NCBI GenBank assembly: GCA_963514005.1
Contig: OY740809.1
Span: 21,452,001-21,516,000 of the forward strand
Direction of reading: 5' to 3'
DNA: 64,000 bases
DNA from: Raja brachyura
Taxonomy: Eukaryota
The notes below the pieces were generated by a model. The model saw only the letters and a list, made by a program, of their open reading frames with translations. It did no database searches and had not been told where the DNA came from. Below, piece after piece: positions 49,337 to 60,924 of this stretch. Every line of letters begins with the position of its first letter. The first letter of the stretch is position 1. The position numbers and the translations under genes are program-made.

Positions 49337-50813
49337 GTTAGCTATTGTTCAAACCTAGAGAAAAAGCAACAAGTTAAACAATGCAGTAGTCAAATATTAT
49401 TTAATATATTGATTATGTAATTGTTATGCCATCTTACCCATGTGTAATATAACCTTTTAAAAATTTCAATTGTTGGACTGCTGGCACACCTTTTTGCAAT
49501 AAATGATGCAAAGTGCCATTTCCTACACATTTCTAACATATGCAACATTATAGAGAGCCTGCTTCCTTATTTTCATTAAGGCAAGTACTTTATGCAAAAA
49601 CCCCAGTACTCCAAAGTTATCTAGGCTACTTTTGATGATTTATTTTCAAGCCTCCGCTCAGGATTTAATAGCAAGGTCATATAAAAATACTTTTCAGAAA
49701 TAAGTCTCAAATGTTGCATAACTTGGGGTTTTGTGAAAACTTGCAACATTCCAAGAAAAAACATCTAGAACATAGCACATGAACAAGACTGTTGGCCCAC
49801 AATGCACATACCAAACATGCTTAAACAAATCTCCTCGGCCTGCATCCGACCCATATATCTCCATTCTCTACATATACCATGTGTCAATGTGACCAAAAAT
49901 CAATATTTTTGATCTTTCATTTCAAAAATGGAAGACCACATTTTTTATTTCATCTTTCATTGTGCAGTTGTCTAGGTCTGCTGTAGCATACATATAAAAC
50001 ATCCTAACCATTAAGTATTCCTGGCATAGCTCCTGGCTGACTTATTATAGCAAAGTAAGATATATGCATGATCACATAGTTAAAAATTTCAATTAAATAT
50101 AATTCTGCTATTGAGCGTGTGAATCACTCAATTCATTCACAAGTCAAACATAAGCTTATATATCAATGATCTTGCATCTTTAGGGGAGAAGTCTACCCAC
50201 CCGACCAAGCCAACTCTTGCTCTGAATGTACAAAGCCTGGCAATTTTTATTTTACACATTTAGTGATAACTCTCATCATGACTGTATGGCTTTCCTTTAG
50301 GTGCTACTTTCCTCTGACATTCTAAAGACATACTGGTAGTTTCATTGGCGACTATTCAATGTACTTGGTGAAGATAATTGACAAAAGAATAAAAGATGAG
50401 TCGATGGGCAAGAGAATAGATTAATGGTAAATAAAAAGTAATGGGATTTCCCCTATGGTTCATGCTGTTTCATACATGCCAAGTACAATATAAGAAATCA
50501 CCATCAACAGCATTTCCACGCCTTGGATTTCTACCAAAACCGTGCTGCAAAGCAAATCGCCAACATGAAAAGAGATCCCTCTACATTTTCCACAATTATA
50601 GAATAATTATTTACGAGAAAATATATTTAGTACCTTGCATTCAATGTAGCACTTAAAACAGTGATTATACATTTCTTAAGCGTACTCCATTTTACGTACC
50701 ACCAATTTAAGCGTTCTGAGACTTCCTGTTCAAATGGCTGTGTAACAACCAACAAATCCTAATCAGTACAAAGTACATGTTATTGGAAATGACTCATTTT
50801 AAGATTGACTCAG

Positions 50814-51100
50814 TACTTAAGGACCATCAAGTCAAAAAGTTTTTTTTTTTTTTTAGACTTACATCTCACTGTAATAGTGACAGTCTGAGCGAAATACTTG
50901 CATCTTTAAAGAAACAAATGACAAATTTAAAAACAGGGGGCATTAAACTGGGGATTTTGTTTGTGTCAGTTCAAAGCCTCTTGTTTTTAAATCAGTCATT
51001 TGTTTCTTTAAAGATGCAAGTATTTACCACAGACTGTCATTATTGCAGTGAGATGCAAGTCCCAAAAAAAAAAACCTTTTGACTTGTTGGTCATTAAGTA
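50814..51100. mobile_element. Foldback MITE-like non-autonomous DNA transposon
   Basis: Inverted arms of about 125 bp around a spacer of about 40 nt; ends TTAA-GGACCA...TGGTCA-TTAA. Confidence 0.7.
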
Positions 51101-51189
51101 GGCAAGAAAATCGAACTGAGGATGAACATGATTTATTTGTCCGTCTGTTAATGGAAACATAATTGATACACTAATACCGTCCTGTTCTT

Positions 51190-52290
51190 TGAAGTACCAT
51201 CGTTACATTTTGTGGATAAAGGGAAACCAGCAAAGTGTAGTAAAATCTCAAGATTTCCAGAAGGCCTGTGACAACATGCCACGTCAAAAGATATTGCAGA
51301 AAATAACAGCTCATGCTGTTGGGTGTAGCATACTGATAGGAATAAAAGATTGGCTGGTTATCAGGGAATATAGCCATAAATAAAACTTTCTCTGCTTGGA
51401 AAGATGAAACAAACGTTGCTCTACAGGATTGCGTTGGATCCAATCATTTGACAATTTATGTAATGGCAGATTGGGGCACTGAGGATATTGCTATTTAAAT
51501 TAGTGATGACATAAAGGTGGTTGCGCATAGAAGACAAGGAGGTTACTAATCTACATGGTTGGGTTACACGAATGGAAGAATATCTAGTAAATGGGGCACA
51601 GTGGAGGAAAATGTAACATTTCCAACTTCGGCAAGAAAAATAAAGAATATTATTTAAATGATGAAAGACTGTACCGGACTTTATGTGTTCAGTTTCCAAA
51701 TGGCATAAAGGCAAGTAATTAGGAAAGCCAAATGTTATTGCCAATTATAAGGACACTTAAACGCAAAAGTAGGGAAGTTACTTTTGGTTGTATAGGGCAT
51801 TGGAAACAAGTTTATCAATTGGACAAATGGTTGACTTGTGTTTGCTACAAACCCACCGACTCCCAAAGTTCCCTTGGCTACATCTCCTCCCACCCTGTCA
51901 TAAGACCATAACACATCGGAATAGAATTACGCCATTCAGCGCATCGAGTCAATTCCACCACACAATCTTGGCTGATCTATTTTTCCCTCTCAACCCTTCT
52001 CCCCATGACCTTTGACACCCTTCCTAATAAAGAATCTATCCATCTCCACTTTAAACATACCCAGTGCCCTGGCCTCCGCAGCCATCCGTGACAATGAATT
52101 CCATAGATTTACCACCCTCTGGCTAAAGTAATTCTTCCTCATCGCCATTCTAAAGGTACATTCTTTTATTCTGAGGCTGTGCCCTCTGGTTCTAGACTCT
52201 CCAATTACTGGAACTGTCCTTTCCATGTCCACTCTATCCAGCCCTTCATTACCTGGCAGATTTCAATAAGATTTCTCCCTCATCCTTTGA
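51190..52290. mobile_element. Degraded CR1-like fragments (51190-51810 +, 51905-52290 -)
   Basis: DFQKACDNMPRQKILQKITAHAVG..IKDWL RT remnant; [24 protein letters not shown]. Confidence 0.7.
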
Positions 52291-53774
52291 AACTCCAGAG
52301 ACTTCAGGCCAGGCCTTGTCCCACCCTCATCTCTTTTCCAGTTTGAAGAATGGACCCGACCAGAAACCTTGCCTCCACAGATACTGCCTACCCCATTGAG
52401 TTACTCCAGGACTTTCTACTTTGAACAATATTTACAGAATCCATGCCCTATTTCATGTACTGAAAACAGTTCAGAATCTAACACTTGTTTGGGCAAGCTT
52501 GGTGCTGCGGAATGATTGCCAGGCTAGCACTGTACCTGATAGAATTTGGAAAAATGAGAGGAGACTTGACTGAACCCGAAGACCTTGAGGCAGCTGATCG
52601 GATCAATACAGATAATCTAGAAATGTGTTTGCCCATTTTAAACAGGTGAGGTCACTTTTCTTTACAGGTTCTGAATCTTTGAAACTCCTTGCCTCAAAGG
52701 TCAGTGGAAGAAAGTTATAAATATTTTTAAGGTAGTGGTAGATACATTCTTGATAAGCAGAAGGGTGTAATGTTAAAACATGTAGTCTGGAACTCAGAGC
52801 TAAGGTTTTAATCAAATCAGTCAAGGTCTTTTAAAATAGTGGAGCAGATGGGGGCCAAGTGGCTTACTTTTACTCACAATTCACGCATTTGCATGTCAAT
52901 TTGTATGTGCACAATTTTAGGAACCAGGAAGTCTCACATTAAAAACAAAAAACTCTTAAAGGATGCTTCTGTATTCCTGTGCCTCGGTTAGTTATTGCGT
53001 GGACAAACTCCAGATCTTGCAGTATAATTCAAAACTGCGCTCATCCATCAGAGGATGGAGCAGACATCAGAAATATACAGGATGTATTGGATGGAACTGC
53101 TGATGCCGGTTTAAACCGAGGATAGACACAAAATGCTGGAGTAACTCAGGACAGGCAGCATCCCTGGAGAAAAGGAATGGGTGACGCTCCAGATCGAGAC
53201 CCTTCATAAGTTGGTCAAAGTTTTTCAATCAAAAAACAACTGAAAAATAGGCAGTTCATACAATGACCACTGAGATTTAATAAGATGTAACATTCTTAAA
53301 GAAACAGATTTATGAATTCACATCTAAACAACCAATTTTAGAATCAAACAGTTCTACTGGAAAACTACACTTCTCATATCTGTCAGTTCAGCTGCTGCAA
53401 TGTTAAAAGCAGAAGGAAGCCCTGTATGGTATTGCTACACACTTGGGGTATGGTCAAATACTTTAAAATGGTGTATCATTCAGATTAGACTTGCTTGTTT
53501 AACTAATATTTCTTGTTATGTTAAAATTCTACTTGAGTGTCTTGTTCTGTTTCTTTGTCTGAATTAAAAGTACAAGCCAAATTAATGATATGGAGTGAAT
53601 ATAAAATAATTGCTCTGTAAAGAATATATTTTTGTGCATTTAGGATACTGACAAAGTAATAAAGGGTTAAAATTCTTATTCACTATATTGGCCTTGATTC
53701 GGCACCTCTGTATGCTTGCCTTTACTTGCCATGGTTGGAATGTGTTGATCAATTTTGGCTGAAGAATTGGTGCA

Positions 53775-54269
53775 CAATACATATTATAGGCAATAGAAGG
53801 TTAATTCCCGGGATGGCGGGACTGTCATATGCTGAGAGAATGGAGCAGCTGGGCTTGTATACTCTGGAGTTTAGAAGGATGAGAGGGGATCTTATTGAAA
53901 CATATAACATTATTAAGGGTTTGGACACGCTAGAGGTAGGAAACATGTTCCCGATGTTGGGAGAGTCCAGAACCTAGGGCCACAGTTTAAGAATAAGGGG
54001 CAAGCCATTTAGAATGGAGACGAGGAAACACTTTTTCTCACAGATAGTTGTGAGTCTGTGGAATTCTCTGCCTCAGAGGGTGTTGGAGGCTGGTTCTCTG
54101 GATACTTTCAAGAGAGCTAGATAGGGCTCTTCAGGATAGCGGCATCAGGAGATATGGGGGGGAAGGCAGGTACGGGGTACTGATTGGGGATGATCAGCCA
54201 TGATCACATTGAATGGCGGTGCTGGCTCGAAAGGCCGAATGGCCTACTCCTGCACCTATTGTCTATTGA
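53775..54269 (+). mobile_element. CR1-like LINE 3' fragment
   Basis: [34 protein letters not shown]; typical tail. Confidence 0.85.
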
Positions 54270-54318
54270 CCCAATTGGAAAAATGTTTATCTGTACAGCA
54301 TAGAACACTTGTGGAACA

Positions 54319-54497
54319 CATAGAAAATAGGTGCAGGAGTAGGCCATTCGGCCCTTCGAGCCTGCACCGCCATTCAATATGATCATGGCTGATCATCCAA
54401 CTCAGTATCCCGTACCTGCCTTCTCTCCATACCCCCTGATCCCTCTAGCCACAAGGGCCACATCTAACTCCCTCTTAAATATAGCCAATGAACTGGC
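54319..54497 (-). mobile_element. CR1-like LINE 3' end, inverted and tail-to-tail with the preceding copy
   Basis: catagaaaataggtgcaggagtaggccattcggccc is the reverse complement of the CR1 tail. Confidence 0.85.
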
Positions 54498-57239
54498 ATA
54501 GGCATGAATATTTCATCCAAACGTCTGCGATGATTCCACCGTTTAAAAATTTCTGCTTCAAATAACTGTCTACATATTCCCAACCACATTTGAGTGAAAA
54601 TCTTATATGCAATTTTTTAGAACAGAGCACTTTCTGTCTGTCACATGTCTGTCCACAACAAACACATCTCATTTTTTTTTACAATTTTTTTTTTCTGGAA
54701 AATGTTGACAAATACCTAGAATTTATTGAACAAGCATTTTTATGACTTGTAGAACTGATTTATAGAATTGTACCAATGTTCAAATTTTATCCGGAGAGAG
54801 CAAAATTTTGCTCAAAACGGGCCTCGACCCGAAACGTCGCCTATCTCCTTCGCTCCTTAGATGCTGCTGCACCCGCTGAGTTTCTCCTGCTTTTTGTGTA
54901 ACCCTTTGCTCAAAACATTATCTATTTGCTTTAAAATAACATTTGGCATCAGCCTGCCAAGAACAAAATAGATATAATTGTTATGATAGAGCAGTTTGAC
55001 CACACGATAGTCTTGTTGAAATCTACTTCTTGCCCGTGTCAGCAAAACGTTGGGCATTTATGATTGGATCACAGGACAAGGCCATCCAATAGCTTAGTCG
55101 AAAGCATTTCAGACATGCAACAATAACACAACTAGAAGTTTGGTTTCCTGTTGAGGAATATTTTAGAGCATAGGACACTTGAGGATTGAACATAAATATT
55201 TTACCAAAGCTTCTATGGTGAATCAACCATTGAAAGATTCTTGCTTTGAATAACTGATTACATGTTCCCAACCACATCAGAGTGAAAATCCCAAAGTTTT
55301 ATGCACAGCATTATTCAGAGATTTCACAACACAGCATTACCACATGTCCATTAATTTTATTTTAAAACCTTGTGGAAGAACTTGCAAACAAAATGCACAC
55401 TTACAACCTCTACCAAGGGCAGGGCTTCAGCCATATGGGAACACAATGTTCTCCTCCAAGTTGCACACCATGCTGACCTAGAAATATACCACCACTCCTT
55501 CATTTTTGCCGTTCAAACCCTGGATCCAGTTCTCCAACAGCATTGCATGAATACCTTCCGAGGGATTGGTTCAAGGAGGTAATCATCACAACTAGTGAAC
55601 TGCTAATCCTATTCTCACCTTCAATTGCTGGAAGAGGTTATTCAACAATAAATGCTGACTTTGCCCACAACACACAATCCCAAGAGGTACAAAAAAAAAC
55701 TCCTCTAAAAACAGAATACATTTTGAATTGCGTTTTAAAACCAGACACCATTAAAATAGGAAGTTTATTTTGTCAAATCTTAATGAATTTAAAATTCACT
55801 GAAGAACTCTACACACAGTGGCCGTGAACACCAGAACAAACATTAATCTGATTTTTACTGGTTAAACACATTGACAAACTACTACTTTATAATATGTATT
55901 GTGCACCAACTCTTCAGCCCAAATTGATCAACACATTCCAACCATGACAAGTTAGGGCAAGCATACAGAGATGCCGAAGCAAGGCCAATATAATGTATAA
56001 GAACATGCACCCTTTATTACTTTGTCAGCATTCTAAACGCACAAAAACATATTCTTTATAGAGCAATTATTTTATATTCACTCCATATCATTAATTTGGC
56101 TTGTACTTTTAATTCAGACACTCAAGTAGAGTTTTAACATAACAAGAAATATTTGTTTTCAATAAACTCAATAACTAGTCACCACATGTTTTAGGGTAAA
56201 GAATTACACAGGTTCACCACCCACTAAATTAAAAAAAATCACCTCCCTGGTCCTATACACCTCAGCCAGGGAAGTATGGTCCCTGTCAACTCTTTTAATA
56301 ATTTGCAGGTTTTGATGAGATCCATTTGTTCCAGCTATATTTTTTGTCCACTAAGCAATTCTCAATTAATGTTGGTATTTATACGTTTCCCTATTTCATG
56401 TGTTCTGACTTTGTCAATCAAATTTCCAAAACACAGACTCTCCAAATCTACGTGTTTTCCACTTATCTATTGTAGAGGTTATATACTCAAAGAACTAATG
56501 GCAGATTAGTCCTTTCAAAAAACCATGTTGGGATGGCAAGGTACTTTGCTGTCATATCCATGTTGTAGATTCCAGCTTTTTCTCCTCCACTGACAAGTTA
56601 ATAATTTTGTTTTTATCTATCCCATAATATCAAAACCTAAAAAGATAATTTCCAAACTATCGAATTTGTCTAAAGAAAGCTCTTTCAAAACTGTAGATCC
56701 TCGAGATTTAAATGACTTCCAAAACCACCAATGCCTCAAGAGGTACTTTTTGTGTCGAACAATTCAGTTCCTTATTCTCAGACATTGATTCTCTAATATA
56801 TCCGAACCATTCATGCCGAGAAGTTGCAAATCCATAAACAGATTTCTTAGTAAAGTACAGCTTTTACGAACAAATGTTCCCGTATATGACATTATTTATA
56901 GTCAGACAACATGTCATTGCACTGAATTACTTTATCTCAATCAACGTCCTTTTCTGCCATTACCACGCCATTTGATTTTAAATGCCCTCAGAAGATTACG
57001 GCAATCGATATCAAAAGGTTTAGCCTCAAATCAACAAATCCTTAATGACTCCAGGATAACCTTTACTCTTGGTAACATTAATCCTAGTGGAGAAATTTAA
57101 CAACGCCTCCTCACGGTGCCGCCCTGCCCACGAACAGGAAGTCAAGCAGCCAGCAATTCCTCTACAGACAAGTTTAATGTTTTAATGTAGATGCTATTTC
57201 TGCCCCCTCCCCATACCTTCCCGTCACCATGGAAACTCC

Positions 57240-57860
57240 AGCACCACCTCACCCCCTTTGACGCTCGCACGTCCTTACCTGGGGTGGACGGCAAACAAAA
57301 AAAAGAAATAGACACAAGTATGCACCTACTGAATGCAACCGCTGATTAATAACCCCGAGCACGCACACAATAGCAATGCTGAGCTGCACGAGTGCAGTTC
57401 AAATACAAACTTTGCCTGCGGGAGCAGAGAGAGAGAGATAAGCTGAGCGCTCTCACCGTCAACGAGCAGTCGCTCCCCTGCCGCCAGAATCAACCCACCC
57501 CGGAAGTGGCCCCACAACACCCTGCGCGCGCGCGCGCCCGGCCGCTTTGGCTTCCACTATCTCCTAATATGGAAGAAGCGGCCGTTGGGCTCGAGCAGCC
57601 GCCAGAACGGTCGCCGTCGGATGTGAGAGCAGAGCATTTCGCGGAAGGGCGGTCTTTTAGTTGCTTTAACCCACCCCACTATGCGATAATAACTCTCGGC
57701 AGGCTTTGCTGTTATAACCCGAACGCACAAAGTCCAACCGGCGCCTGGAATTGCCGGGGTCCGGGGCTGAGAGGCGTGCAGAAGCTGGCTGGGTGCAGCC
57801 GTGTGGACCACACTTCACAGCAAAGATCCTAGAGCGGATCATCTTTGCTTCACAGCGCTC
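57240..57860 (-). promoter_or_regulatory. CAP1: CAP1 CpG-rich promoter and non-coding exon 1 (donor at 57457)
   Basis: Largest CpG-dense island in the window. ACG|GTGAGA donor (+ strand tctcaccgt, 57451-57459), ETS CCGGAAGTG at 57500-57508, (GC)n/NRF1-like tract at 57523-57537, CArG box CCTAATATGG at 57563-57572. Confidence 0.75.
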
Positions 57861-60139
57861 TCCCCATCGCACACTGAGGGGCAGTAACCTCTTGTCAATA
57901 ACTGTCAGAGCTTGTCGCTCGAGTCAAGGGTGTTTTATTGTCATGTCCCGGACAAAAGGTCTCGACCTGAAACGTCACCCATTCCTTCTCTCCAGAGAGG
58001 CTGCCTGTCCCGTTGACTTACTCCAACATATTTTGTGTCAATCTTCGGTGTAAACCAGCAGCTGGCGTTCTTTCCTACACAATAAAATTATTACTTGCAT
58101 ACCCAGAGGGAAAAAAAAGTAGCTGATATAATGGCAATCTTGTATATAAATAGCATGTGCAGTGAATGGCTACATTTGAGTAATGTCACATATTTGCAAA
58201 TTATTTTTTGGGAGGGGAGGATGGGAAAGAAAGAATTTGCCCAAATTACGTCTACTTCCACTTCATCTCAAACTTTTTAACAGGTTCAGCAGTTCACGTT
58301 TATATTTAAGCATTCTCTTAGGAGCCAACTCTAGCAGCTGGAGCGTTATTTGCGTGACTATTTTGTAAATCGTAAAAAGTTCTTCATTCAGAGTTTATTT
58401 TTAAGTGAAATAGAAAATGCTGCTCAAACAGAATCTGTAGAGAGAAACAAGTTAACATTTCATATTGATGACCATATTTAGACAATTCCACAACGAAAAC
58501 CATTATTTTAAAAACATGTACCTTATAATTGTATTTACAAAGGGTTTTTCACAATCTCAAAACCTCCCAAAAACTTTGCAATTAGAATTAGCTGATCCAG
58601 ACCATTTTACTTGCGCGAAGTTCTCAAGAAAAATAGAAGCTACAGTAACTATTTATACTTCACGCTTGCACTGTCATACGGTAAGGTCAGGGCTGATTTT
58701 TTGTAACCTTGGTGCAGCACTATATTTTATTTATATGTGCTTTTGGCCGATAAGCAGGCATATTTTAAGCTCTTTAACAGAATGTAGACAATACCAGCGA
58801 GGTTAATAATTTGTACACATTGCCAACAAATATTGTCTTGCTTGTGAATTAGTGTCACAGTGTTATTTGGGACATTTCTGGGATCCGAATCATGACATTT
58901 TAGAAGTAGTGATACATATGAAAATTATATTTCCCTCCGGGGATGAATAAAGTTTGATCGTATCATAAACTTTAATATCTGGAACCATAATAAAGGGAAA
59001 AATGAAGGACATTTTGTAGTGTGCTCAGAAGAACCTAATGACTTTCCATTTTTATTTCAATTAATTTTTATTCCAAAAGGAAATATTCCATAGAATGCTC
59101 TTCCCGCAAATGAGAAGTGGATTCAATTGTGCTATTCAAAAACATTTGAAATGTACTGAAAGGAAAAAGGCAGGCCTACAGAAGTGGAACGTCAAATTGG
59201 CCTTGTTTACAGTCAGCACACACTAGTGGTGCCAAATTGCCCCCTCAACTGCTGTAATCTGTGGTTTCCAAGGCAAGATGTTAGATGCTCAAAGGAATTT
59301 TCCTGACGGTGGTCTCCCACTTGCCTGTGAGGATGGTACAAATTGAGAACCAGGGAATTCCTATCAAAACCTCAGTTGCCACAAAGCATTTTAAATTTGG
59401 GAGCGTTGTGGTCAGTCTGCCAGTGGTGGAGTGACTACATTTTCATGGTGGTAAAAAGGAAATCATCGAGCAGATTGTTTTACTGTGGATGATGCTAAGA
59501 TTGGGGTGGGAGATTGCAACCTTCACGTGGTCCGACCTGTTTCAACGAATGCAATCAACCTGGTGTGCACAATCAAATAGAACAAGTTCTACAACTTTAG
59601 GCTACGCACGTCTTCCGCAAGAAGAAAATGCTAAAATTGATGCAAGTAGTACTGACATCTGCCTTATCAATGGGAACAATGTGGAGAGACACTTAAGTTT
59701 CTTGCTGCAGAATAGCTAGTATTTATATGGCTGCTCTATACTGGTTATCACATGCATCTGTTGCACGAATCATGTGCAGAATGGCATGTAATCTCAGTTT
59801 ATGCGGACCAGCCCTCATGCGCCAATTTCAAAGAGCACATGATTTGAATAGAGAATTTGAATTTTGAAAAACAGATGTTTGTACAATAGGTTGTGTACTA
59901 CACACTAATTACGGTGATCAAGTTTCACTCTGTCACAATACCAAGAGAGGACATCAAAGCACAGAATAAGGCTTTTAGACCACCCCATACACGCTGATCT
60001 TTTCACTCATCTACAATCATCTAATTTGCTGCTTACATACGATATTCTCCTGCATTTCCTAGTAAAGATATTTTTCTACATGGCTCTTAAACATTAATTT
60101 TATCTAATATTACAACAAAATTGGTGATGTGACAATGAA

Positions 60140-60485
60140 GAGACAAAATGCTGGAGTATCTCAGCAGGACAGGCAGCTTCTCTGGATAGAAGAAATGGGT
60201 GATGTTGCGGGTCGAGACCTTTCTTCATACTGAGAGTCAGGGTAGAGGGAAAAGAGAGCTTTGGAAGGATAAGGTGTGAAAACAAGTGATCAAAGGGGAC
60301 AAAGTTCAAGGAAAATGTAGGATAGATCATTGTTAACTAGAGGAAGGCGATAACGAAACATACAATGTAAAAATGTAATCAGGACAGTCAGACTGGTCAG
60401 AGAACTAAGATGGGGGAGGGATGGAAAGCAAGGATTACGAAGTTAGAGATGTCAATATACTGCTGGGTTGTAAGCTGCCCAAGTG
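60140..60485 (-). mobile_element. Penelope 3' end/pseudo-LTR (degenerate hammerhead at 60200-60228)
   Basis: Reverse complement ttgggcagcttacaacccagcagt ORF end plus pLTR sequence. Confidence 0.7.
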
Positions 60486-60894
60486 CAATGAAGAAGATTG
60501 TTTAAAGCTACAACAGAATATAGATCAGTTGGAAAGTTGCGCGACGTGTTGGCAGATGGAATTTAATTCTGTCAAGTGCAAGGTGATACATTTTGGGAAG
60601 TCAAATGGGTAGAACTTCTTCAGTAAATGATAGCACACTATGGGATGTTGATGATCAGAGAAACCTTGAGGTCCAAGTCAAAGTGCCATGAAATGGCATG
60701 GAAGTCTCTGGAATAGTTAAGGTGGTGATTGGCATGCTTGTTCAGTGATCGCGGCGTACAACAAAAATCTCATCCCTTATATTGTAACGACAAAACATTG
60801 ATTGCGCTAAACTTGAAGTATAATGTGCAGTTCTGGTTTTCACAATTAAAAATGCCCCCAAATTCTGTGAAATCCTTCCATTGTTCTGGCAGTT

Positions 60895-60924
60895 CTGAGG
60901 AAGGGTTTCTGACCCGAAACATTA
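60895..60924 (+). ncRNA. Minimal hammerhead-like motif in a Penelope pLTR remnant (second subfamily)
   Basis: CUGAGGA-A-GGGUU(UCU)GACCC-GAAA-CAUUA. Confidence 0.45.

Noticed and set aside
57392-58053. Overlapping 60-146 aa ORFs in the GC-rich island
   Set aside because: Expected by chance in a CpG-rich promoter; non-ATG starts and no recognisable domains.
605-60230. Recurrent short motif ctggagtaactcagc..ggcagcatctctggag as a possible CRISPR-like array
   Set aside because: The copies are dispersed in both orientations with no regular spacing or cas genes. They are explained as Penelope pLTR fragments in a vertebrate genome.
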